64,000 nucleotides of DNA from Macrostomum hystrix (Eukaryota > Animalia > Platyhelminthes), in the NCBI GenBank assembly GCA_950097015.1, contig CATNEN010000034.1, positions 1,674,001-1,738,000 of the forward strand, written 5' to 3'. Positions 1-10,877 of this stretch are shown in pieces (the stretch's first letter is position 1; each line of letters begins with the position of its first letter). Made by a program: the position numbers and the translations under genes. The notes beneath the pieces were generated by a model, which was not told where the DNA came from, made no database searches, and saw nothing but the letters and a program-made list of their open reading frames with translations.

Positions 1-217
1 TTTTTCAACGGAATCAAATTTACTGATTTTGGATTTTGGATTTTGGAAACGACAGCGACCCACTGTCGTTTCTGGATTCTGTTTTCAGCCTGCGAGGTAT
101 ATAAGGTTGCTGACCCCTTAGAAATGCGAAATTATGCAATTAGTTGGCGAAGCATTTCCCAGTTAGAAAATCAAATTGAATATCAGTGTAAAACTTTCTC
201 GCTAAGCTTCAACTCAC

Positions 218-3204
218 ACAGTCCAATGTTGGCGGTTTGGCCAACCGCGAAAACTGGCCCGCCGGCGGCCACAATGGCGTCCCGACCAATGTTTCCCATT
301 CGGATCTGGGAAGTAAACGATGCATCAGATAATCTTGCTAATAACTGCAAGTCCCACTATTAATACAACCATTGCCAACTCTACTGCCTTTGATGTACAT
401 GTTCACTGTGATCCCCATATCCACTGTGATCCCCATATCCACTGTGATCCCCATATCCACTGTGATCCCCATATCCACTGTGATCCCCATATCCACTGTG
501 ATCCCCATATCCACTGTGATCCCCATATCCACTGTGATCCCCATATCCACTGTGATCCCCATATCCACTGTGATCCCCATATCCACTGTGATCCCCATAT
601 CCACTGTGATCCCCATATCCACTGTGATCCCCATATCCACTGTGATCCCCATATCCACTGTGATCCCCATATCCACTGTGATCCCCATATCCACTGTGAT
701 CCCCATATCCACTGTGATCCCCATATCCACTGTGATCCCCATATCCACTGTGATCCCCATATCCACTGTGATCCCCATATCCACTGTGATCCCCATATCA
801 CGGATTACTGTTGACAGAAATTTGTTGGCCTCGCTTACTAGCTGCTATTACTTGTAGCTCGTACTAGCATTATAAAGTATATTTATATGAGCATTTATAA
901 GTATTACAGTGCTCACCATCTCATCGTGGTCCGGAGGATTCACGGCTGTGAAGGCGGGCGGTGTGAGCCAGTACTGACCGTAGGAGTGGAAGCTGACGTA
1001 CATTCCCCTCTGCAGCCGGGACTTCAAGCTCTCAAGAAATTCGCTCAAAGCCTTCGTCTCTGGCTCCGAGAAGGCAAAGGGTCCGTGGTAGATGTCGCTG
1101 GCGGGATTGCCGCTGGTGCCGACGCCCCCGAAGGTGTGGTCAAAGTTTCTATTGGCATCAGCGCCGTAGTAGAAGCCGTAAGGCTTGCGGGTCTTGCGCC
1201 AGAACCGTGTCTGGGGGCAGGACAGACGGGACTCTGTGATCCCTGCACAATCCATGGGACTGTGATCCCTGCACAATCTATGGACTCTGTGGTCCCTGCA
1301 CAATCCATGGGACTGTGATCCCTGCACAATCTAGGGACTCTGTGATCCCTGCACAATCCATGGGACTCTGTGATCCCTGCACAATCCATGGGACTGTGAT
1401 CCCTGCACAATCTATGGACTCTGTGATCCCTGCACAATCCATGGGACTGTGGTCCCTGCACAATCCATGGGACTGTGATCCCTGCACAATCTAGGGACTC
1501 TGTGATCCCTGCACAATCCATGGGACTGTGGTCCCTGCACAATCCATGGGACTGTGGTCCCTGCACAATCCATGGGACTGTGATCCCTGCACAATCTAGG
1601 GACTCTGTGATCCCTGCACAATCCATGGGACTGTGGTCCCTGCACAATCCATGGGACTGTGGTCCCTGCACAATCCAAGGGACTGTGGTCCCTGCACAAT
1701 CCATGGGACTGTGGTCCCTGCACAATCCATGGGACTGTGATCCCTGCACAATCTAGGGACTCTGTGATCCCTGCACAATCCAAGGGACTGTGGTCCCTGC
1801 ACAATCCATGGGACTGTGATCCCTGCACAATCCAAGGGACTGTGGTCCCTGCACAATCCATGGGACTGTGATCCCTGCACAATCTAGGGACTCTGTGATC
1901 CCTGCACAATCTATGCTATGATTCAATCGCCGCTTACCGTGGCGGACGTGAAGGTGTAGTCGTATCCGTCGGGGTTAACCACGGGCATGAAGTACCAGTC
2001 GAACCTGTTCAGCAGGTCCACCACCGCAGCCTGACCGCTCTTGTAGTCGTTGATGAACTCCTTGATGATGTAGTTGAGGGTTGCGGGGGCTAGCCACTCG
2101 CGAGCGTGGATGGCGGCGTCGATGACGACGACGGGCTTGTTGGCGGCGCGGTTATTGCTGACCTCCAGCACAAGGAGCCGGCGGCCCTCGTAGGAGGTGC
2201 CGATATTCCTGATGGTGGCGATGTCCGAGTTGGCCGCTGCCAGACCCTCAAGCCAAGTGAAGATCTGTGCAGATGACAGTGAGGTGAGGTGGGTGTTGGG
2301 AGATGAGGTGGGTGCAGGAGATGAGGTGGGTGCAGGAGATGAGGTGGGTGCAATGAGGGGGGTGCATGGAGGTGAGGTTGGTGCTATTAGGTAAGTGGTT
2401 GCTTGGAGAAGGCAAGGCATTAATAACTCACTTCCGGTGACCTGGCGAAGAAGGTGGATGGATCATTGTTGAAGACCACAGCGTTACGCGAGTTCTGCAC
2501 GTCTGTCTTCAGCAGCAGGCTGCAACAGGGGTTGCATGGAGTTATTAAGAATGTGTTGATGCGAACACCGCAAACATGTCAAGACAGCCTCACCTGCCGA
2601 CATCCTTCTGCAGGATATCGAACTTGAGTCCTCGCTGGCTGAGGAAGCTCTGAAACTCGGCGACCCGAGCTGGGGGCACGACAAGGCTCTCCGGGTGACC
2701 CAGGTGGTTCTCAGTGGCCACAATGATCTGAGAGACATTGGTTGGTGCAGTGTGAAAACTCGGCAGCTCAATACTCTACTCACACTACTCAGCAGCTCAA
2801 TACTCTACTCACACTACTCAGCAGCTCAATACTCTACTCACACTGCTCAGCAGCTCAATACTCTACTCACACTGCTCAGCAGCTCAGTTCTCTACTCACA
2901 CTGCTCAGCAGCGGAACACTCCAGTCACTCAACTGAAGTCTGGAAGATCAGCAGTTTAAGCTTCGGTTTACTCACGCTCATGTCATCTGAGAATTTTCTT
3001 ATCTCCTCAGCAGCCTCATTAGATAGGGAACTCAGAAAGAATTCGTTAAACCTGAAATATTTGGCGTTAATGTTCAGGACAAGTAAAATGCATAGGGTGA
3101 TGCTGTATTTGAAGTGCTTACCCAATGAGCTGCTCGTTCTGGCTGATGGCTGCTGAAGCCAAGGCCAGCTGAAGGCAGCAGATAATGACGTCAAATATTT
3201 GCAT
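218..3204 (-). CDS. Secreted zinc carboxypeptidase, M14A (CPA/CPB-like) preproenzyme; 3'-partial
   Basis: Hand-spliced exons complement(3122..3204, 2976..3051, 2594..2727, 2432..2519, 1938..2264, 917..1210, 218..305), all GT-AG and in phase. Signal peptide MQIFDVIICCLQLALASAA; activation-peptide-like LVVPPARVAEFQSFLSQRGLKFDIL; motifs DAAIHAREW (Zn His/Glu), PVVNPDGY, WRKTR, GADANRNFD, SFHSYGQ. Remaining exon(s) lie left of the window. Confidence 0.93.
404..798. repeat. 18-bp minisatellite (CCACTGTGATCCCCATAT)n, about 22 near-perfect copies, intronic
   Basis: Direct reading; lies in the carboxypeptidase intron 306-916. Confidence 0.97.
1228..1912. repeat. 26/28-bp minisatellite (GGGACT[CT]GTGRTCCCTGCACAATCCAT)n, intronic
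   Basis: Direct reading; fills almost all of the intron 1211-1937. Confidence 0.96.
2275..2392. repeat. Short 18-bp repeat (GAGGTGGGTGCAGGAGAT)n, degenerate edges
   Basis: 3 good copies plus degenerate flanks in the intron 2265-2431. Confidence 0.8.
2760..2912. repeat. 29-bp minisatellite (CAGCAGCTCAATACTCTACTCACACTRCT)n, about 5 copies
   Basis: Direct reading; intron 2728-2975. Confidence 0.9.
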
Positions 3205-3595
3205 TGATTCCTGTTTTAGTCACACTTCTAAAGACCACAAAAAGTCTGCTTTAAATTGCGTCGAGTCGCTGGTTTCATGTTTTATACGAGTTAACTGTTA
3301 GCAGTGGACCAGTCTGAACTGGTTCTGATACGTAGAATCGAAACAGACATTGTACCAGGTTAACTTTGACTAGCAGTTATTAATGGCTTGTCAAAGTAGC
3401 ATATCTTCTAGTTGACAGACTGGCTTTTTAGAATTTGTGTGGGAAGTCGTCAGCCCGTTCCAATTATTTTATAATCTCAATTGCTTGCTTTTTTAATTTG
3501 CCTGACTACGAGTATTAGCTTCCTTTTTGCCCCCTTAATAATTCTCTAAACATTTGCTGGGTCGCTTCACATTTTCTTAATTCCTAAGGGTAAAA

Positions 3596-3885
3596 ACGGG
3601 ATTCCCAAAGACAAGAAAGATAATTCCCAAGGGCAAAAAGGGTATTCCCAAGGACAAGAAAGAGAATTCTTAAGGGAATAAAGAGATTCCCAAGGACAAG
3701 AAAGGGGATTCCCAAGGACAAGAAAGGGGATTCCCAAGGACAAGAAAGGGGATTCCCAAGGACAAGAAAGGGGATTCCCAAGGACAAGAAAGGGGATTCC
3801 CAAGGACAAGAAAGGGGATTCCCAAGGACAAGAAAGGGGATTCCCAAGGACAAGAAAGATAATTACAAAGTTCAAAAAAGGGATT
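3596..3885. repeat. 22-bp minisatellite (GGGATTCCCAAGGACAAGAAAG)n in the divergent intergenic region
   Basis: Perfect core copies about 3690-3855 with degenerate flanks. Confidence 0.93.
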
Positions 3886-4019
3886 CCCCTGGGCATGGCA
3901 TCGGATTCCCAGGAGGTGCGAAACGGTATAGCCAGGGTGGAGTGAAAATGGATTTCCAGGGAGAAGGAATTGGATTTCTGCTATCGAATGCGAGCTCACC
4001 GTCTTTCCGTAATCACATG

Positions 4020-4048
4020 CTCATTGGCTCATCCTGGCAGCCAATGAG
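4020..4048. promoter_or_regulatory. Inverted pair of CCAAT (NF-Y-type) boxes, candidate bidirectional promoter element
   Basis: CTCATTGGCT (4020-4029) - 9 nt - AGCCAATGAG (4039-4048). This is a perfect 10-bp inverted repeat, each arm matching the NF-Y consensus RRCCAATSRG, between two divergent start codons (3204 minus, 4374 plus). Confidence 0.5.
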
Positions 4049-4373
4049 AGTCGACCTGAAACGTAGGTAGCATCATTTATTCGACCAGCATCCGTGGACA
4101 GCAAGGTTTCTTGCGCTGCGCTGAAAGCTGCCAGAATCCCTTTCTCTTTCTTGTCTAACGAAGTTCATCTGATTTCTGGTGAGTCAATTAGATAATAGTT
4201 ACAGCTGAAAAGTTTCCATTAGTGAAAAGCTTTAGCTTTTTCGAATCGAGGCGGCGACTCTAATAAAACAAGGAATTCGCCCCGCTTCGTTCTAAAACTA
4301 ACAAAATGAAAGCGACTTTTTTAGTCATTTGCGGCACAACAAAAACTATTCCCATTTGCAGAGACCCGATAAA

Positions 4374-7300
4374 ATGTCACCGAGCCTGTGCTTTGTCCTG
4401 TGCCTCCTGGCTGCAGGTAAGTGACTCGGCGGCCACTCTGAGACTAGCAGCCTCTAACACCATAACTAAGACTCATCCAGCAGTTAACACCCCCTTGGCT
4501 TTTCTAACCCTCTGACTCATCCAGCAGTTAACACCCCCTTGGCTTTTCTAACCCTCTGACTCATCCAGCAGTTAACACCCCCTTGGCTTTTCTAACCCTC
4601 TGACTCATCCAGCAGTAAACACCCCTTGGCTTTTCTAACCCTCTGACTCATCCAGCAGTTAACACCCCCTTCGCTTTTCTAACCCTCTGACTCATCCAGC
4701 AGTAAACACCCCTTGGCTTTTCTAACCCTCTGACTCATCCAGCAGTTAACACCCCCTTGGCTTTTCTAACCCTCTGACTCATCCAGCAGTAAACACCCCT
4801 TGGCTTTTCTAACCCTCTGACTCATCCAGCAGTTAACACCCCCTTGGCTTTTCTAACCCTCTGACTCATCCAGCAGTTAACACCCCCTTGGCTTTTCTAA
4901 CCCTCTGACTCATCCAGCAGTAAACACCCCTTGGCTTTTCTAACCCTCTGACTCATCCAGCAGTTAACACCCCCTTGGCTTTTCTAACCCTCTGACTCAT
5001 CCAGCAGTAAACACCCCTTGGCTTTTCTAACCCTCTGACTCATCCAGCAGTTAACACCCCCTTGGCTTTTCTAACCCTCTGACTCATCCAGCAGTTAACA
5101 CCCCCTTGGCTTTTCTAACCCTCTGACTCATCCAGCAGTAAACACCCCTTGGCTTTTCTAACCCTCTGACTCATCCAGCAGTTAACACCCCCTTGGCTTT
5201 TCTAACCCTCTGACTCATCCAGCAGTTAACACCCCCTTGGCTTTTCTAACCCTCTGACTCATCCAGCAGTAAACACCCCTTGGCTTTTCTAACCCTCTGA
5301 CTCATCCAGCAGTTAACACCCCTTCTGGCCTTTCCAACCCTCTGACTCATCTTGTAGTTAACGCCTCGCCACCTCTCTAACTCGCTTGACTCCTCTGACC
5401 CTAAAAGTTCACTAAGAACTGTATGCCACAGAATTGGCGTGACATTTTTTGACTAATTAAAAACTGCGCTGTCGCCGTTGACAGATGAGAACTTTCCCTC
5501 AGACTAGCACTCTAAATCGACTCACAATTCGCACAGCTCAGTGTGAGATTGCATGGACTCATAAGCCCCTATGAATTGCTCACACATTAGAGTGGCATGA
5601 ATAGCACGGCAATATAACTGGAGGCTGTTCGACTGCTTTTATGACAAATCCTCCACGCCTACTACCGTAAAAAGGCTGGCCGTATTGGTGAAATTTTCCA
5701 ATCGAAGCGCCTATAAAATCCCTACTCTTATGTTGTTTGTGCTATCGAAAATAGCATCTGAATTTACTAGTTGCTTTAAGACTACAGGAAATAGCTCAAC
5801 CTTTGAAAGAAAATACGTTCAAATTACACAACAAGACATGGTAGACTAGACAATGAGATTCCCGTGTAGACAATGAGATTATTTGGTAGACAGTGAGATC
5901 TATTGGAATTATTTCAAGTAGATTAACAATTAGCTGGAGGAAAACACATGTCACATTACTGGGACAAAAATTTATGGTTTATCATTTTTGCCGGATTTTT
6001 AGAAATCCTTATAATTAGAGGCTTTGTATTCACAAACTAAGCAAGACATGGTGTGACTGCAACCTCTCAGCCCCTGAATTAGTAATAGAAGTAATAGAAT
6101 GCCAATATTCTGTCGCATTAGTGTGAAGGCAGATTCTATTTGAAAGGTGTCGCGTTTGAAGCGTGAGAAATTGCAAAAAAAACAAAATTTATTCGAGATT
6201 TTCTGTCATTTTCGACACATTTTTCTGGGGGCTGCTGCCTAAAAGCTTAAAAAGGGCAATAGTAAGCCTGACATTTTCATTTTTGTTTATCATTTCAGCA
6301 GGAGTCGTTCTGGCGGCTCCCAGTCACTCGGAAGACTTTGAAGAGACTTTCTAGTGAGTTACACTCATGCTTTGTACAAACTATATTCATTCGCTCTAAT
6401 ATTTTACCTATTCCTACCCTGTCCTGTCCTGTCCTGTCCTGTCCTATCCTATCCTATCCTGTCCTGTCCTGTCCTGTCCTGTCCTGTCCTGTCCTATCCT
6501 ATCCTGTCCTATCCTGTCCTGTCCTGTCCTGTCCTGTCCTATCCTATCCTGTCCTATCCTGTCCTGTCCTGTCCTTTTCTATCCTTTCCTGTCCTATCCT
6601 GTCCTGTCCTGTCCTTTTCTATCCTTTCCTGTCCTATCCTGTCCTGTCCTGTCCTTTTCTATCCTTTCCTGTCCTTTCCTGCCCTGTCCTTTCCTGTCCT
6701 GTCCTGTCCTTTCCTATCCTGTCCTGTCCTTTCCCGTCCTGTCCTGTCCTGTCCTGTCCTTTTCTATCCTTTCCTGTCCTATCATGTCCTGTCCTATCCT
6801 TTTCTATCCTTTCCTGTCCTTTCCTGCCCTGTCCTTTCCTGTCCTGTCCTGTCCTTTCCTATCCTGTCCTGTCCTTTCCCGTCCTGTCCTGTCCTATCCT
6901 GTCCTGTCCTTTCCCGTCCTGTCCTATCCTTTCCTATCCTGTCCTATCCTTTCCTATACTGTCCTATCCTGTCCTATCCTGTCCTTTCCTGTCCTATCCT
7001 GTCCTATCCTGTCCTATCCTGTCCCATCCTATCCTGTCCTATCCTGTCCTATCCTGTCCTATCCTGTCCTATCCTGTCCTATCCTGTCCTATCCTATCCT
7101 GTCCTATCCTATCCTGTCCTATCCTATCCTGTCCTATCCTATCCTGTCCTATCCTATCCTGTCCTATCCTATCCTGTTCTATCATGCACAGTCTTATCTT
7201 TGCTACTCTGCTATTCGAATAAAGTTAGAGTCTAAGTCGCAAACGCTGACCTTCAGTTCGTGTACCTGTCACTCAAAGTGCTCCCCTCAGTTAAAAGGGC

Positions 7301-8039
7301 CTAATGAGCATGTTGTCGCGGGCGCTAGACTCCACCTAAGCAGTGATTTAAACCATTGCCGACTTGTGTAAGCTGAGCCTGTTGGTCGCATTCCAACACT
7401 AATTATCAGTCTAGTAAGGTCTGGCAAGTCTGTACACTGTGCATTATTATATATAATACAGCACTGCCTGTGTCAGCTCAGTCGCCGTGTCTCTCGGGAT
7501 TCCATTGGTTGGCGTTTTCCTCATGATCCATTAGTGAGAACTTTCTCATCCATCCCGTAAGGCCTGTGCGCTACCAGCTGATAATCCTCGTGCGGCTGGG
7601 GAGGACAGATCATAAAATAAGTTTTTTTCATAACAACCAGCGCCTCAGGGCAACCTTATTGCATTCATGGATACAGATAGACGTCATCGGGAAATTGTAC
7701 AGACTAAAAAGAGCTCTTGAAGTTTTATATACGAAGAATGATTTGAATAGTCTCTGCTTAAGAGGAAAACTCGAGAATTATTTAATAAATTTACTATGAA
7801 AATCCCTCCCTGACTCACTCGCACCCTCCCTGACTCACTCGCACCCCTCCCTGACTCACTCGCACCCCTCTGAATCACGCGCACCCCGCCTCCCTTGCAG
7901 CAAGCGCGGCTGGCCAGTCCGTTACGTGACTGGCGGCGGGGTGATGGAGATCAAACGCAATGCCGCCAGCTCGCGCCAGCTGTTCGAGGCCATGATGGGC
8001 CTGAGGAAGCGCGAGCACTGGCTTGAGCAGAGGCGGTGA
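4374..8039 (+). CDS. Small secreted neuropeptide/prohormone-like precursor, 77 aa
   Basis: join(4374..4416, 6302..6353, 7901..8039), GT-AG, phases 1 and 2 consistent. Translation MSPSLCFVLCLLAAGVVLAAPSHSEDFEETFY-KR-GWPVRYVTGGGVMEI-KR-NAASSRQLFEAMMGL-RKR-EHWLEQ-RR*: hydrophobic signal peptide, acidic spacer, repeated di/tribasic convertase sites. Confidence 0.8.
4468..5350. repeat. 42/44-bp minisatellite (CTCTGACTCATCCAGCAGTTAACACCCCCTTGGCTTTTCTAACC)n, about 20 copies
   Basis: Direct reading; intron 1 of the prohormone gene; 44-bp and 42-bp variants are interspersed. Confidence 0.96.
6411..7180. repeat. Pentanucleotide microsatellite (CCTGT/CCTAT/CCTTT)n
   Basis: Direct reading; intron 2 of the prohormone gene; source of the spurious SCPVL/SYPIL ORFs. 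Confidence 0.97.
7805..7872. repeat. 21-bp repeat (CCCTCCCTGACTCACTCGCAC) x3 just upstream of a splice acceptor
   Basis: Direct reading. Confidence 0.85.
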
Positions 8040-8283
8040 AACAAGTTGAACAGAAGAAGAAAATGATTTCTTCACAGAATTTCACTTTGAAATCTTGATT
8101 TCCTGTCTGACCCATCAGCCCGTTCGCCGCATTCTTTGAAGTGGACAATTGTTTAGTCAAACTGTGCTCCAATCTTCAGTAAATACAAAAAACACCGACT
8201 AAAAACTGTCGCATCTTCGGTTAACCATGCAGAAAACAGCAAACTTTTGGTGTTTACTGTGGCATTAACTTGTAAACTAGCAG

Positions 8284-8500
8284 TTCTATGGGATTGTCTG
8301 GTCTATGGCCTTGTCTGTTCTATGGGATTGTCTGGTCTATGGCCTTGTCTGTTCTATGGGATTGTCTGGTCTATGGCCTTGTCTGTTCTATGGGATTGTC
8401 TGGTCTATGGCCTTGTCTGTTCTATGGGATTGTCTGTTCTAACGGATTGTCTGTTCTATGGGATTGTCTGTTCTATGGGATTGCCTGTTCTATGGGATCT
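8284..8500. repeat. 17/34-bp minisatellite (GTTCTATGGGATTGTCT/GGTCTATGGCCTTGTCT)n
   Basis: Alternating 17-bp subunits seen directly. Confidence 0.92.
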
Positions 8501-9317
8501 TTCGTTCTGGGTAATTGCTGGCTAATTGGATTAGCCTACGAGCTTAAAGGGGGGTTGATCTGTTTAGAGGATCTGAACATTTTTTATTAGCAGCAGGCCT
8601 TTTCAGACTGAAACTGGCTGATGTGGCGGTACCACCAGAGGCTGGCGCAACATCAAAGCAATAAGACAGACAATTAGTCTGGGTAGTTGCTCTTGCCAGG
8701 TGAATGACTGTTCAAAATAAGAAATAAAGCTATGAGAATATCTATATTTTTGCAGTCACAAATGGCAATGGCCATTGAAAAATGTTGCCTCTATAAATAG
8801 GGATGCTTAGGCAACGCCATGGCAAGCTTAGAACAGTAAAAAAATCGACTGTTGCCGTAAGAAGGCCTTATTCTGTATTCGGATCGCTCATCTGTTTATT
8901 CTCTCCTCGGCCTCCATTTTATCCACTTCTCTCCAAACACCTAAGCCTGCTCTTTAGCTTCGCAATCAACCGTGTCGAGCTGCCGCTGGCAAGATCTCTG
9001 GGGCATTGTTCCCCGGTGGCCCTGCAGAGTCAATATTTGAGCGCTTTTGACTTTGCCTTCTAGCCATGCGGGATGCCCTTAGCAATATGTGTACTGGCAG
9101 GCACACATTTTGGCGGCGGGATCCAGCGCCACCTGACACAATGAAGCTAAGTCATTAGCTAGATGGTAAATTTTTCGCAGCTATTGTGTGAGGAAATCAA
9201 GGCAAATAAGCGAAAATATTCACCCGGCGGCTTAAACTACCATGAACTTCTTCATTTTCGGAGTTAAGTTGAACAAAGCTATCTGGAAAGCAATCGTGAT
9301 AAATAGGCCAGTTTATG

Positions 9318-10250
9318 GTTCACAACACAATCCAGAGACTGCGGTTGATGGTTCACAACACAATCCAGAGACTGCGGTTGATGGTTCACAACACAATCCA
9401 GAGACTGTGGTTGATTGATGGTTCACAACACAATCCAGAGACTGCGGTTGATTGATGGTTCACAACACAATCCAGAGACTGTGGTTGATTGATGGTTCAC
9501 AACACAATCCAGAGACTGTGGTTGATTGATGGTTCACAACACAATCCAGAGACTGTGGTTGATTGATGGTTCACAACACAATCTAGAGACTGTGGTTGAT
9601 TGATGGTTCACAACACAATCCAGAGACTGTGGTTGATTGATGGTTCACAACACAATCCAGAGACTGTGGTTGATTGATGGTTCACAACACAATCCAGAGA
9701 CTGTGGTTGATTGATGGTTCACAACACAATCTAGAGACTGTGGTTGATTGATGGTTCACAACACAATCCAGAGACTGTGGTTGATTGATGGTTCACAACA
9801 CAATCCAGAGACTGTGGTTGATGGTTCACAACACAATCCAGAGACTGCGGTTGATGGTTCACAACACAATCCAGAGACTGTGGTTGATTGATGGTTCACA
9901 ACACAATCTAGAGACTGTGGTTGATTGATGGTTCACAACACAATCCAGAGACTGTGGTTGATTGATGGTTCACAACACAATCCAGAGACTGTGGTTGATG
10001 GTTCACAACACAATCCAGAGACTGCGGTTGATGGTTCACAACACAATCCAGAGACTGTGGTTGATTGATGGTTCACAACACAATCCAGAGACTGTGGTTG
10101 ATTGATGGTTCACAACACAATCTAGAGACTGTGGTTGATGGTTCACAACACAATCTAGAGACTGTGGTTGATGGTTCACAACACAATCTAGAGACTGTGG
10201 TTGATGGTTCACAACACAATCTAGAGACTGTGGTTGATGGTTCACAACAG
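9318..10250. repeat. 33/37-bp minisatellite (GGTTCACAACACAATCYAGAGACTGYGGTTGAT[TGAT])n
   Basis: Direct reading; units differ by a TGAT indel. Confidence 0.96.
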
Positions 10251-10877
10251 AATTCAGAGACTTACGTTGTGAATTTAAAGGCAAGTTTAGAAGCTGTTGT
10301 TTTGGACGGGGACCATTATCCAGAGACTGTTGCTAAGATTCCCACGGACCCGAGGTTGAAATTAAAGTCAGGTGCATTTTTATCTGGGATTTCCGCTATC
10401 AAGTAGAGTCTCACCCTGATATCATGCATGCACTGTCACTGTACTTAATTCGCTTGCATTGCATGCCAATTTATTCGTCCTGCCTGCTTAAAAATGGGCT
10501 TCCGAGAGCGTCTGCAAAATCAAATTATGTAAGCGCCTAATTGATCGGGCGCAAATGTATTGAGGGACGACGGGAAAGAAACTAACCCTAGAAATCTTGA
10601 TCATGCAGCGATTTTCTGAGGAAATTTCAATCAGATCTGCAGTCAGCTCAAACCGATGCAATACATGCATTGGCATATGCACTCGAAAATGGAGACGGCA
10701 TGCTTGTGAAGCTGGGCAATTAATTGGGAATTGTAACAAAAAACTCTTTGCAGTTCCTATTGTTCGCCACGAAGGTTAGACTCAGCCGAATGTATCAAAT
10801 GCTTCTGCATGTTTAGGGCGAAATGGAATATAACTTAACTTCGACAAGTACGAGCTCGTATAGGGGCTCGTTGAGCT

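Noticed and set aside
320-857. His/Cys-rich ORF (HCDPHI)n and its other-frame equivalents
   Set aside because: Product of an 18-bp intronic minisatellite that is open in several frames on both strands; lies within a carboxypeptidase intron.
4468-5350. Interstitial telomeric repeat (TAACCC within the unit)
   Set aside because: Only one hexamer per 44-bp unit; not a TTAGGG array.
6338-7371. Long ORFs (SCPVL/SYPIL)n of up to 294 aa
   Set aside because: Translation of a pentanucleotide microsatellite in intron 2 of the prohormone gene.
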